NCBI GenBank assembly: GCA_034190465.1
Contig: JAXINV010000004.1
Coordinates: 6,802-70,801, forward strand
Direction: 5' to 3'
DNA length: 64,000 nt
Origin: Candidatus Asbonarchaeum danakilense
Lineage (GTDB): Archaea; Nanohalarchaeota; Nanosalinia; Nanosalinales; Nanoanaerosalinaceae
Shown here: positions 15,919-23,669 of the stretch, piece after piece
Layout of the letters: the number at the start of each line of letters is the position of its first letter
Numbering within the stretch: position 1 is the stretch's first letter
The notes under the pieces: model-generated
What the model was told of the DNA's origin: nothing
The model's input: only the letters and a program-made list of their open reading frames with translations
Database searches by the model: none
Position numbers and translations under genes: made by a program

Positions 15919-18057
15919 CTACGACACACCGATGCCGGAGATAATCCCGCCGAAGATCGCCGTGATGATGAACACAGTCACCGTGTACACGATCGTCATC
16001 ACCAGCAGCATCTGCCCGATCGCGATGTTCCGCCGTGCCGGGTTGTTGCCGACCTCAAGCCGGACATACAGCGTGCCGATCAGCAGCGCCAGCTCGATGA
16101 GGTAGATGCCGACGATCGCCTGCAGGACGCCCGGCGGGATCGACGATTTGATGTTGAACAGCGTCAGGACGCCCGATGCACCGCCTGTCAGGCCACCCCC
16201 TACGCCACCGGCGGCTCCACCGCCTCCACCTGCACCGGCTGTCGCGTTCCCGATCGACTGGTTCTTGACGGTCTGCCCGATCGCGTAGAACGCCTGGGAG
16301 ATGACAGACCCCATGCCGACCGCGATGCCGGAGATGACCGGGGCAACGATGTAGCCGAGGAACTTGATGGACGAGACCGTCTCATCCAGCACCTCCTCCA
16401 GCTTCTCCTGCGTGTCACGGATGTTCTTCAGGTAGTTGGAGATGCTGAGGATCGACCGCGACGTGACCTCAGGGCCCTTCTTGATCGACTCAGAGATGAT
16501 CTCCATGATCGTGCTGATCAGCTGCGACGGGTACGTCTGGATCGCGCCCGACCGCTGATCGAACACCGCCTGCTTGAAGTCCATGCCCTGCTCCTTGATA
16601 TTGCGGGATATAAGACGGAACAAGTCAGCGATGTTCAGCGACTGCCGCTTCTGCGCCGCCGTGTCGATCGCACGCTCGATCGGCATGCCCTTGTCAAGCT
16701 GGTTTCCAAGCTCGAACAGGATCTCCGGGAACTCCTCCTCCATCTCCCGGATCGTGTTCTGTCGGGAGACTGTGCTCTTATAGCCGAGATACAGGTGCAA
16801 CCCCGCTGGCACGGAGATCCCGAGCACCAACATCATCTCACGGAGCAGCGTCACATTGCTCACCGATATCGGGATCGTGCCCCCACCGAAGAACGCGTGG
16901 AAATAGTGAGGCACCGGCCACGACATCATCAGGAGGAACAGGGGAACCGTGAACACATACAGCGGGACATAATAGGTCGTGCCGAACACACCGACCGGGA
17001 ACTTCCCGCCATGCCCGAAGTCGGCCTGGCCCGCTGCAGATGAGAACGACACCGGGCGGCCGACAAGCAGGTTGCGCATGATCGCGAACACGACCAGCGG
17101 GATGATGATGTCATACAGGAAGAACAGGTAGAACCCCATCCCTGAGCCGCCCATGAACGACGCAATCATCGGGAACAGGATGATGCCCAGCACAGGGAGC
17201 AGGATACCGACACCGTGCAGCACCATCACCGGCAGCCGCATCTGGCGGGCAAACTCGTTCATCTGGCTCTTCGTGTAGTCGAGCAGGTTGTTGACGGATT
17301 CGTTCAGGATCTCAAGGCGCTTATCGTTGCTTGGAGCCGTCTTCGCCGATTCCAGCAGGCTGAGCGCCTCGATGAATCCGCGGTTGTACGGTTTCCACCG
17401 GTCCATGTAGTCCCGCAGCCCCTCGTCGATCGTGTTGTACACACGCATATCCAGTTTCCACAAGATCTCGTTGAAGTCGCGGGACACCGGGCCCTGCAGT
17501 CGCTGCGCCGAAAAGGCAACAGCTCCTTCCAGGTTCGGTGTGGAGCGCATGTACACGACCATGTAGAGTATCGACAGAATCAGATCCTCCGATGACTTGA
17601 CCACCTTCTGCTGCGCCCGCAGGTTCGGATACTTCAGGATGTAGTAGAACCCGGCGAACGGGATGATAACGAAGAACAACTTCAACAGCATCGGGAACGA
17701 CGTCAGCATCATCACAAAGCTGACCGGGAACAGCATCAGCATCAGCATCGTCGCCGACGGCGCGACATCCTCCGCCTCGATGTCCCAGTCCAGCAGGCGG
17801 ATCGCCTGCCGGTGGTCCTCCTCCATGTCCTCAAACGTGTACGAAAAGAACGACGTCCTATTCACGAACCGTTCATACCATGACTTCTCTCCCGCTCTTA
17901 CCTCCTCAGACTTGTACTGTTGGTATTCGCGGGACTCAACGTTGAAATCCTCATCCTGCTGCCCTCCATCCATGTACCGCTCGATGTCGCCCTCTGATGG
18001 ACCACGTTCCAGCTCACTGATCCACTCCTTCAGGTTCTCGTCATCATCTCCTGGCAT
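15919..18057 (-). CDS. Type IV pilus / archaellum-type platform membrane protein (PilC/FlaJ/TadC-like, two T2SSF-type helical domains)
   Basis: 712 aa and polytopic. Two cytoplasmic helical domains (…SSEDLILSILYMVVYMRSTPNLEGAVAFSAQRL… and …FPEILFELGNQLDKGMPIERAIDTAA…) are each followed by TM clusters. It lies immediately downstream of the secretion ATPase. Confidence 0.8.
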   Translation of the reverse strand: MPGDDDENLKEWISELERGPSEGDIERYMDGGQQDEDFNVESREYQQYKSEEVRAGEKSWYERFVNRTSFFSYTFEDMEEDHRQAIRLLDWDIEAEDVAPSATMLMLMLFPVSFVMMLTSFPMLLKLFFVIIPFAGFYYILKYPNLRAQQKVVKSSEDLILSILYMVVYMRSTPNLEGAVAFSAQRLQGPVSRDFNEILWKLDMRVYNTIDEGLRDYMDRWKPYNRGFIEALSLLESAKTAPSNDKRLEILNESVNNLLDYTKSQMNEFARQMRLPVMVLHGVGILLPVLGIILFPMIASFMGGSGMGFYLFFLYDIIIPLVVFAIMRNLLVGRPVSFSSAAGQADFGHGGKFPVGVFGTTYYVPLYVFTVPLFLLMMSWPVPHYFHAFFGGGTIPISVSNVTLLREMMLVLGISVPAGLHLYLGYKSTVSRQNTIREMEEEFPEILFELGNQLDKGMPIERAIDTAAQKRQSLNIADLFRLISRNIKEQGMDFKQAVFDQRSGAIQTYPSQLISTIMEIISESIKKGPEVTSRSILSISNYLKNIRDTQEKLEEVLDETVSSIKFLGYIVAPVISGIAVGMGSVISQAFYAIGQTVKNQSIGNATAGAGGGGGAAGGVGGGLTGGASGVLTLFNIKSSIPPGVLQAIVGIYLIELALLIGTLYVRLEVGNNPARRNIAIGQMLLVMTIVYTVTVFIITAIFGGIISGIGVS

Positions 18058-18066
18058 CGTGACCGC

Positions 18067-20355
18067 CTACAGCTGGTTCCTCACCCAGTCATCCCACCGC
18101 TCGAAGACCTCATCCGTGTCGATCGTCCCGAACTCTTCAGACACGTTCTCCGACACCGTGTGGAACTTCTCGTTCGCCCGGGCGACAAAGTCCGCCTCCA
18201 TCAGCTCCTCCTTGCCCGACTCCTTCGCATACTCCACCAGCTTCTGCTTGTACTTGGCGCGGAGCTGGATGTTGTCCCAGACCGCCTCCCAGTCATTCTT
18301 CCAGTCCGCAACGTTTGACGCGATCGAGTTCAGAATCACCGACTCGCCGTTCCGCAGCGTGTCCGTCGGCTTCAGCTTGTCCTCCTTCGCATCGTACCGC
18401 ATCAACGGGACGAACGCGTCCTCCTTCAGCGGGTCCTCCGACCACTCCTTCCGTACCTCAGCGATCTGCGTCACGCGGCGGTACTTGTGCAGGCCATCCG
18501 GCGACGTCAGCCGGTTGCAGGTCACGATAATGTCCGTCGCCTTGAAGCTCGTCGGCGGCACGTTCAGGTCGTTCACCACGCGGTCGAACACAGAATACGG
18601 GTCCTCACCGTGGATCGTGCCCGCGACGTAGTTAGCAAGCGCACCGACACGCATCGCCTCGTACAGCGCCTGAGCCTCCTCCGAACGAACCTCACCGACG
18701 ATCAGCGACGAGTCTCCCAGCCGCAGCGACGTCCTGATAGCCTCGGCTGCGGAGATCTCGCTCTCCGTCGACGTGATGACCGACGCCGACTTCAGCCGCT
18801 CGATATTGTAGCCCAGCTCCCGCAGGTACGGCAGCGGCAGCTCCAGCGTGTCCTCCACGGAGACGATACGGTTCTTCTTCATCATCTCCACCAGCGAGGC
18901 TCCCAGCAGCGACGACTTGCCGGCGGAACGTGTCCCCGAGTACAGCACAGACCGGGCACCGTCGATCACGAAATGGAGCAGGCCCGCCGCAAGCGGTGTG
19001 AAGTAGTCCACGTCCAGGAACAGCGGGAACGTCCACGGCTCGTCCCTGTGGCGGCGGAACGCGTACGCCAGGCCGTCCGGCGACAGGTTCTTCGTCACGA
19101 CCGCGACCCGTGCACGGCCGCCCGGGACCTCGACCGAGGTGTCCAGCACCGGGTTGGCCTCGTCCAGCGGTCGACCGGACTTCAGCCGGAACCTGGTGGC
19201 CCAGGACTCCGCGTCGTCCATCGTCGGGATCAGGTTGGTCGCGCACTCGCCGTGGTTTGCGTGGATCACGTAGATCGGCGAGGTGCCGACAGGTGCGTTG
19301 ACGTAGATGTCCTGCAGCTGCTGATCCGCCAGCAGCACCTCCAGCACGCCCAGGCCCGCCGTGTACCGCACCAGGATCGAGGTCAGCTGCTCCACCTTGT
19401 CCGGCGACAGGCTCACGTTCCGCTGCTGGGCGATGTTGATGATCATGTCCCGGCCGACGTTGGAGAAGATCTCCCGTGTCCGGCCCGGCTCAGCGAACTC
19501 GGACTCCTCCGGCTGGTGCTCGGACATGTACCGCCGCGCGATGTCCAGTATCTCGTACTCCTCGTCGTTCAGGTCGAACTCCGGCGGCGTGATGTGGTAT
19601 TTCGGCCGTGCGTCGTCCTCGACCTTCAGCACCTGGACCTCCGCATCGGCTTCATCCAGCGAGTACCGGTCGATCTCCCGTGACTTGTCCGGAACGTTCT
19701 TCATGAACCGTGTGAGCATGAAGTTCGGCCGGATCGTCGGGTGGAAGATCTGTCGGTAGATGTCCCTGTTGCCGAGGTGGTAGCCGGCGAGCTCACCCTG
19801 CACCTGCTGGATCAGGTCCAGGTCCTCCAGCCGTTCTTTCAGCGGCTTCAGCTTCCGCTCCAGCCAGTGCCGGTAACAATCAGCGACACGGGGAGGGGAG
19901 CGCTGTGCCTTGACCTTGACCTCCTCGATCTTCCGCTTGACCTTGACGTAGGCACCAATCGGGTCCTGCCGCAGGTCCTGCGCCAACAGGTCCTGGATGA
20001 AGCTCTGCACCGTCGGGATCATCCGTTCGCAGTTGTCCCGCATGTAGTCGTCCGGCTGCGTGAACTGGGGGTCCCGTTTCAGCCGCACGATCAGCGAGGC
20101 GACCTCGTTGAGTAGCTTGACCTGGTCGTAGCCGTACTCGTAGTCACGCTCCTGCGCCAGCACCACGTCGCGGACATCATCCAGCTCGGACAAGATATCG
20201 ATGACACGGGCCATCACGACCTCGAAGTCGGCGATGGACGCTCCGTAGTTCGAGCCGCGGAGGTTGATGCGTACACGTCCTTCTTCCCGGTCGAACTGAT
20301 AGCTCCCTACTCCTCCCTGCTGGAACGGGTTGTCAGCTTGGTTTCCGTTGGCCAT
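18067..20355 (-). CDS. Type II/IV secretion-family ATPase (PilB/FlaI/VirB11 superfamily) with a long N-terminal extension
   Basis: 762 aa. Carries a Walker A motif (SGTRSAGKSSLLG), a Walker B/Asp-box region (LRLGDSSLIVGEVRSEEAQALYEAMRVG) and a His-box-like VAGTIHGED. Confidence 0.85.
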   Translation of the reverse strand: MANGNQADNPFQQGGVGSYQFDREEGRVRINLRGSNYGASIADFEVVMARVIDILSELDDVRDVVLAQERDYEYGYDQVKLLNEVASLIVRLKRDPQFTQPDDYMRDNCERMIPTVQSFIQDLLAQDLRQDPIGAYVKVKRKIEEVKVKAQRSPPRVADCYRHWLERKLKPLKERLEDLDLIQQVQGELAGYHLGNRDIYRQIFHPTIRPNFMLTRFMKNVPDKSREIDRYSLDEADAEVQVLKVEDDARPKYHITPPEFDLNDEEYEILDIARRYMSEHQPEESEFAEPGRTREIFSNVGRDMIINIAQQRNVSLSPDKVEQLTSILVRYTAGLGVLEVLLADQQLQDIYVNAPVGTSPIYVIHANHGECATNLIPTMDDAESWATRFRLKSGRPLDEANPVLDTSVEVPGGRARVAVVTKNLSPDGLAYAFRRHRDEPWTFPLFLDVDYFTPLAAGLLHFVIDGARSVLYSGTRSAGKSSLLGASLVEMMKKNRIVSVEDTLELPLPYLRELGYNIERLKSASVITSTESEISAAEAIRTSLRLGDSSLIVGEVRSEEAQALYEAMRVGALANYVAGTIHGEDPYSVFDRVVNDLNVPPTSFKATDIIVTCNRLTSPDGLHKYRRVTQIAEVRKEWSEDPLKEDAFVPLMRYDAKEDKLKPTDTLRNGESVILNSIASNVADWKNDWEAVWDNIQLRAKYKQKLVEYAKESGKEELMEADFVARANEKFHTVSENVSEEFGTIDTDEVFERWDDWVRNQL

Positions 20356-20500
20356 GGTTGCTCCCAGAATGTCGCCCTGTCCCTATGCTGTGCGGGCAGT
20401 ATGGTACAAATTCTGTGCTTGCTCTATATAATACTTGGCCGGGACAGGCGCTCGCAGCGGTTCCTGAACGAAAACGCCCGCAGCGGCGCTGCAAGCAGAC

Positions 20501-20512
20501 CAAGTTATATAA
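20501..20512 (+). promoter_or_regulatory. Putative TATA promoter (CAAGTTATATAA) for 20537 (+)
   Basis: Centre lies about 29 nt upstream of the ATG at 20537, consistent with a leaderless or short-leader archaeal transcript. Confidence 0.5.
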
Positions 20513-20536
20513 TGGGGAATAGCAAAATGGTAAGGT

Positions 20537-20920
20537 ATGGCTGCTCAGGGTGGACAGGACGATGTCATCAGCCGACTGAACAACAACGCCCGTCGGATAC
20601 GGCAGCTGGAAGAAACCACGCGGAATCTCCAGGAACAGGTCAAGAACATCGAAGACCGGCTGAACAACCAGAAGAAGCGCGTCAGCCAGAACAAGACCGA
20701 TATCAAGGAGAAGACCGAAGAACTCAACGAAAAGGTCGAGAACCTGAACGCAGAGATCAAAAAACTGCAGCGCAAAACCCGGAAGCTCGTCACGCGTCGC
20801 GAGTTCAGCGAGGTCGAGGAATACATCGACCTCATGAACCCTGTCGAGAGTGATTTCGTCACAGAGAGCGATGTCGAAGAGATGATCGAGCAGAAACTCC
20901 AGGAACGGAACACGACGTGA
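20537..20920 (+). CDS. Coiled-coil protein (127 aa), function unknown
   Basis: Heptad-rich sequence (RRIRQLEETTRNLQEQVKNIEDRLNNQKKRV...). It is divergent from the pilus ATPase gene. Confidence 0.65.
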   Translation: MAAQGGQDDVISRLNNNARRIRQLEETTRNLQEQVKNIEDRLNNQKKRVSQNKTDIKEKTEELNEKVENLNAEIKKLQRKTRKLVTRREFSEVEEYIDLMNPVESDFVTESDVEEMIEQKLQERNTT

Positions 20921-20926
20921 TACCTG

Positions 20927-21769
20927 ATGAAATTCGAATTCCTCGGCAAACTACGCGGTAACGACGACGAAGACGATTCTTCCGAGGAGCAACAAGAAGC
21001 GCCTGTCAACGAGGTCCAGAACCTCTCCAACCAGGGTTATTCTCAGCACGAGATCACGGAAGAGCTCCGGGACCGCGGCTACACATACTCCGCCATCAAC
21101 AAGGCGATGAACCGGGCTGTCCGTGAATCAACGACCAGTGGCTCTCCCGCAGGACGTTCCGAATCACAGGGACAGAGCGGAAGCGATTTCAGCCAGCCGG
21201 GACAACAACCGCAGTCTGGCGGTCAGCAGCAGAGACAGTCCCGGAGCAGTCAACAGGGACAAAGCGGCTTCCAGCAACAGCGACAATCACAGCAGCCGCA
21301 GCCAACGCCGCAGCAACAGCAAGGACAGGGCGGCTACGGCCAGGGTCAGCAGGGCGGACAACAGCGATCACAGCAGCCTTCATACGAGAGCTACGACGAA
21401 AGCAGCTACAGCGACGAAGACTGGGCGCCGGACGTCGGGATCAGCCAGGAAGAGGAGGAGCTGATTGAGACGATCATCGAGGAGAAGATAATCGATATCG
21501 AGGACGAGTTCGAGACCATCTACGGCCGTATCGAGTCCCTTGAAGATACGGTGGACCAGCTCCAGGAGGACGTCCATGACCTCAAAATACGCAAAGAAGA
21601 GGACGAACAAGAGTTCCTGCAGAAGATGGAGGAGATGGAAGACTACCTGGAGAACTCACAGTCACGGATCGGCGGACTGGAGAAAGCATTCCAGCAGACA
21701 CTCCCCTCACTCGTTGAGAACGTCCGCGATCTGACAGAACTGGTCGAGGACATGCGGGAAGAACAGTAA
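20927..21769 (+). CDS. Protein with an N-terminal helical domain, a Q/G/S-rich low-complexity core and a C-terminal acidic coiled coil (280 aa)
   Basis: The start lies 6 nt after the upstream stop. The central region is QGQSGSDFSQPGQQPQSGGQQQRQSRSSQQGQSGFQQQRQSQQPQPTPQQQQGQGGYGQGQQGGQQRSQQ. The C-terminus is a coiled coil. Confidence 0.65.
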   Translation: MKFEFLGKLRGNDDEDDSSEEQQEAPVNEVQNLSNQGYSQHEITEELRDRGYTYSAINKAMNRAVRESTTSGSPAGRSESQGQSGSDFSQPGQQPQSGGQQQRQSRSSQQGQSGFQQQRQSQQPQPTPQQQQGQGGYGQGQQGGQQRSQQPSYESYDESSYSDEDWAPDVGISQEEEELIETIIEEKIIDIEDEFETIYGRIESLEDTVDQLQEDVHDLKIRKEEDEQEFLQKMEEMEDYLENSQSRIGGLEKAFQQTLPSLVENVRDLTELVEDMREEQ

Positions 21770-21819
21770 GCCCTGTCAGAAGTTCTTTCCAGCGCGCTGG
21801 CCGCTGACATGCACCGTTC

Positions 21820-22314
21820 TCAGTCGCCGCTCGTCATGTACTTCATGATGTACACGATGCCTACTACCATGACGACTGTCATGGCAGCTTCCCCGGTCAA
21901 CCACTTGGCGACCTCGACACCGGTGTAGGAGAGCATGTAGATGATGATCAGTGCCAGGATACCAGCAGCGACAAGCGCCATATTGCGCTGCCGGTTCTCA
22001 CCGCCCTCCAGCATCTCCGTGATATCTACACCGAGGATACCGAGGATGAGGACGTAGCCCAGCAGCACGAACAGCCCCAACGTCACGAGGCTGAAGAACC
22101 AGCTGAACACTGCTGTACCGCCGAAGACCTGGATGATCCCGGCAACAGACATGAACGCTGTGACAAGTGCGATCGCAGCGTCAACGGTTTCATCGTCGAA
22201 CAGTTCAATCTTCTGCAGCAGACCGTAGACGATCGCCATGATGAAGACGAACATCAGGAACGAAGGAAACCCCACGCTCCAGAGGTTACTGATCAGTTGC
22301 TCAAATATTGCCAT
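21820..22314 (-). CDS. Small polytopic membrane protein, paralog 1 of 3 (164 aa)
   Basis: Has 4-5 hydrophobic helices. FPSFLMFVFIMAIVYGLLQKIELF aligns with the equivalent segments of its two neighbours. Confidence 0.65.
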   Translation of the reverse strand: MAIFEQLISNLWSVGFPSFLMFVFIMAIVYGLLQKIELFDDETVDAAIALVTAFMSVAGIIQVFGGTAVFSWFFSLVTLGLFVLLGYVLILGILGVDITEMLEGGENRQRNMALVAAGILALIIIYMLSYTGVEVAKWLTGEAAMTVVMVVGIVYIMKYMTSGD

Positions 22315-22325
22315 TCTTAATCACC

Positions 22326-22817
22326 TCAGCTCATGGCGGAGAACATCAGATAGATGATACCGCCGATGACTGCGATTGAAATCAGGTTATTGATGTTGGT
22401 CAGCCAGGTCGGATCACCAGGCAGGTTTGCGAAGACCTGACTCCCTTGCAGAAGACTGAGTCCAACCAGTGCGGCGGCAATACCGAAGATCCACTTCACC
22501 TTGCCGCTCTCCATTTCAAGGCCGGGAACCATGCCAAGGACCAGCATGAATCCCAGGAAACCGACAAGCACCATGGCAAGACTGGGAAGGAAGCTGCCCT
22601 CAAGCAGCAGCGACTGGATCTGGCCACCGCCAGCGAACGTGACGAACGCAGCAAGAACAGCTGATATTACCTTGTCAGCATCACCGCTGAAGATATCCAG
22701 TTCATCAAGCAGACCATAGATTATCGCGAAAACGAGTGCAAAGGGAAGAAGGTACTGGAAAACACCATTCTCTTTGAGGAGACCTACCACTTTGTCCATA
22801 CTCACGCCGCTTGCCAT
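22326..22817 (-). CDS. Small polytopic membrane protein, paralog 2 of 3 (163 aa)
   Basis: FQYLLPFALVFAIIYGLLDELDIF is similar to paralog 1. Length and topology are the same. Confidence 0.65.
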   Translation of the reverse strand: MASGVSMDKVVGLLKENGVFQYLLPFALVFAIIYGLLDELDIFSGDADKVISAVLAAFVTFAGGGQIQSLLLEGSFLPSLAMVLVGFLGFMLVLGMVPGLEMESGKVKWIFGIAAALVGLSLLQGSQVFANLPGDPTWLTNINNLISIAVIGGIIYLMFSAMS

Positions 22818-22854
22818 GATGTATTACCCCTGTGTACCCACAATTCGTCGGCCA

Positions 22855-22868
22855 ATTTATATAACTTG
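22855..22868 (-). promoter_or_regulatory. Putative promoter (CAAGTTATATAAAT on the gene strand)
   Basis: AT-rich box in the 22818-22888 intergenic region, upstream of the ATG at 22817. Confidence 0.45.
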
Positions 22869-22888
22869 TCCACCGCCCGTCAAGACAC

Positions 22889-23641
22889 TCAGATATGATG
22901 ACCGCGGTGCCTCCCGTGTGTCAGCATCCGGAAGAACAGATAGCCCAGTACCGAGATGATGACAATCATGAAGACGCTGCCGCCGGCAACACCGCGGGCC
23001 AGGTCCCGGGTCTGCTCACCGAGGAATCCGAGACCGCTGAGAGAGCTGAACAGGATGAACAGGCCGACGAACGCGATCATCAGGCCGCCGAACGATCCTG
23101 CAGTCAGCCCGATCTCGAAGATCGCAAACCCGATGGCCATGAGGAGGAGACTGCTACCCATGTTCCCGATAATCGTCAGCAGGTTCAGCGATATCTCCCC
23201 GTTTTCCAGGGTGGCGGCAGCGATGATCTTCCCGCCGATCGTCTGGTAGACGCCGCTGGGGATGAGGATAAGGCCGAGGATCAGGGCGATGACTGCTGCC
23301 GTGTTCCCGCTGGCAACATCGGCCCCCTCCACACCCAAGAAGATCATGATCGTCACAAGCGCAAACGGCAGGAGAACGAAGTAGAGGAAACGCGGGAAGG
23401 AATCCACCGAAAGCTCATCCTGCTTGTTCTCCGGGACGAAAAGCCGGTTGAACGTGTCCGTGATAGCCTCACTGCCGAACAGGGCTCCCCCATTGTTCGA
23501 ACCGGAGTCAGAACCACTGTCAGACCCCTCTGCTGCCGCAACTGTTCCTGCACTCATCGTCAGTAACAGGAGTACCAGGACAAGCGAGCCGAGCTTGGAA
23601 GGGTCGAACGATGACAGTGTCATACAACCACCTATGTCCAT
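22889..23641 (-). CDS. Membrane protein, paralog 3 of 3, with an N-terminal signal/extracellular Ser/Gly-rich extension (250 aa)
   Basis: A signal-like LGSLVLVLLLLTMSAGTVAAAEG is followed by FPRFLYFVLLPFALVTIMIFLG, which is related to the two downstream paralogs. Confidence 0.6.
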   Translation of the reverse strand: MDIGGCMTLSSFDPSKLGSLVLVLLLLTMSAGTVAAAEGSDSGSDSGSNNGGALFGSEAITDTFNRLFVPENKQDELSVDSFPRFLYFVLLPFALVTIMIFLGVEGADVASGNTAAVIALILGLILIPSGVYQTIGGKIIAAATLENGEISLNLLTIIGNMGSSLLLMAIGFAIFEIGLTAGSFGGLMIAFVGLFILFSSLSGLGFLGEQTRDLARGVAGGSVFMIVIISVLGYLFFRMLTHGRHRGHHI

Positions 23642-23669
23642 CGTGCGTATTTAAATTCTAAGGGCGGCT

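Noticed and set aside
14034-17043. Long plus-strand ORFs (567 aa at 14034-15737 and 442 aa at 15715-17043) opposite the 1116-aa and PilC-like genes
   Set aside because: Their translations are R/H/P/G/D-rich low-complexity strings without hydrophobic cores or motifs. This is typical of antisense frames in GC-rich DNA. The opposite-strand ORFs have clear membrane or domain features.
18487-19683. 398-aa plus-strand ORF antisense to the secretion ATPase
   Set aside because: It has an R/V/H/Q-rich composition with no motifs. The minus-strand frame carries Walker A/B and His-box motifs.
20373-20450. 8-bp inverted repeat CCTGTCCC / GGGACAGG and direct repeat CGCAGCGG bracketing the pilus-operon TATA region
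   Set aside because: Matches this short are expected by chance in a 180-nt GC-rich region. I have no additional support, so it might be revisited if conserved in orthologous loci.
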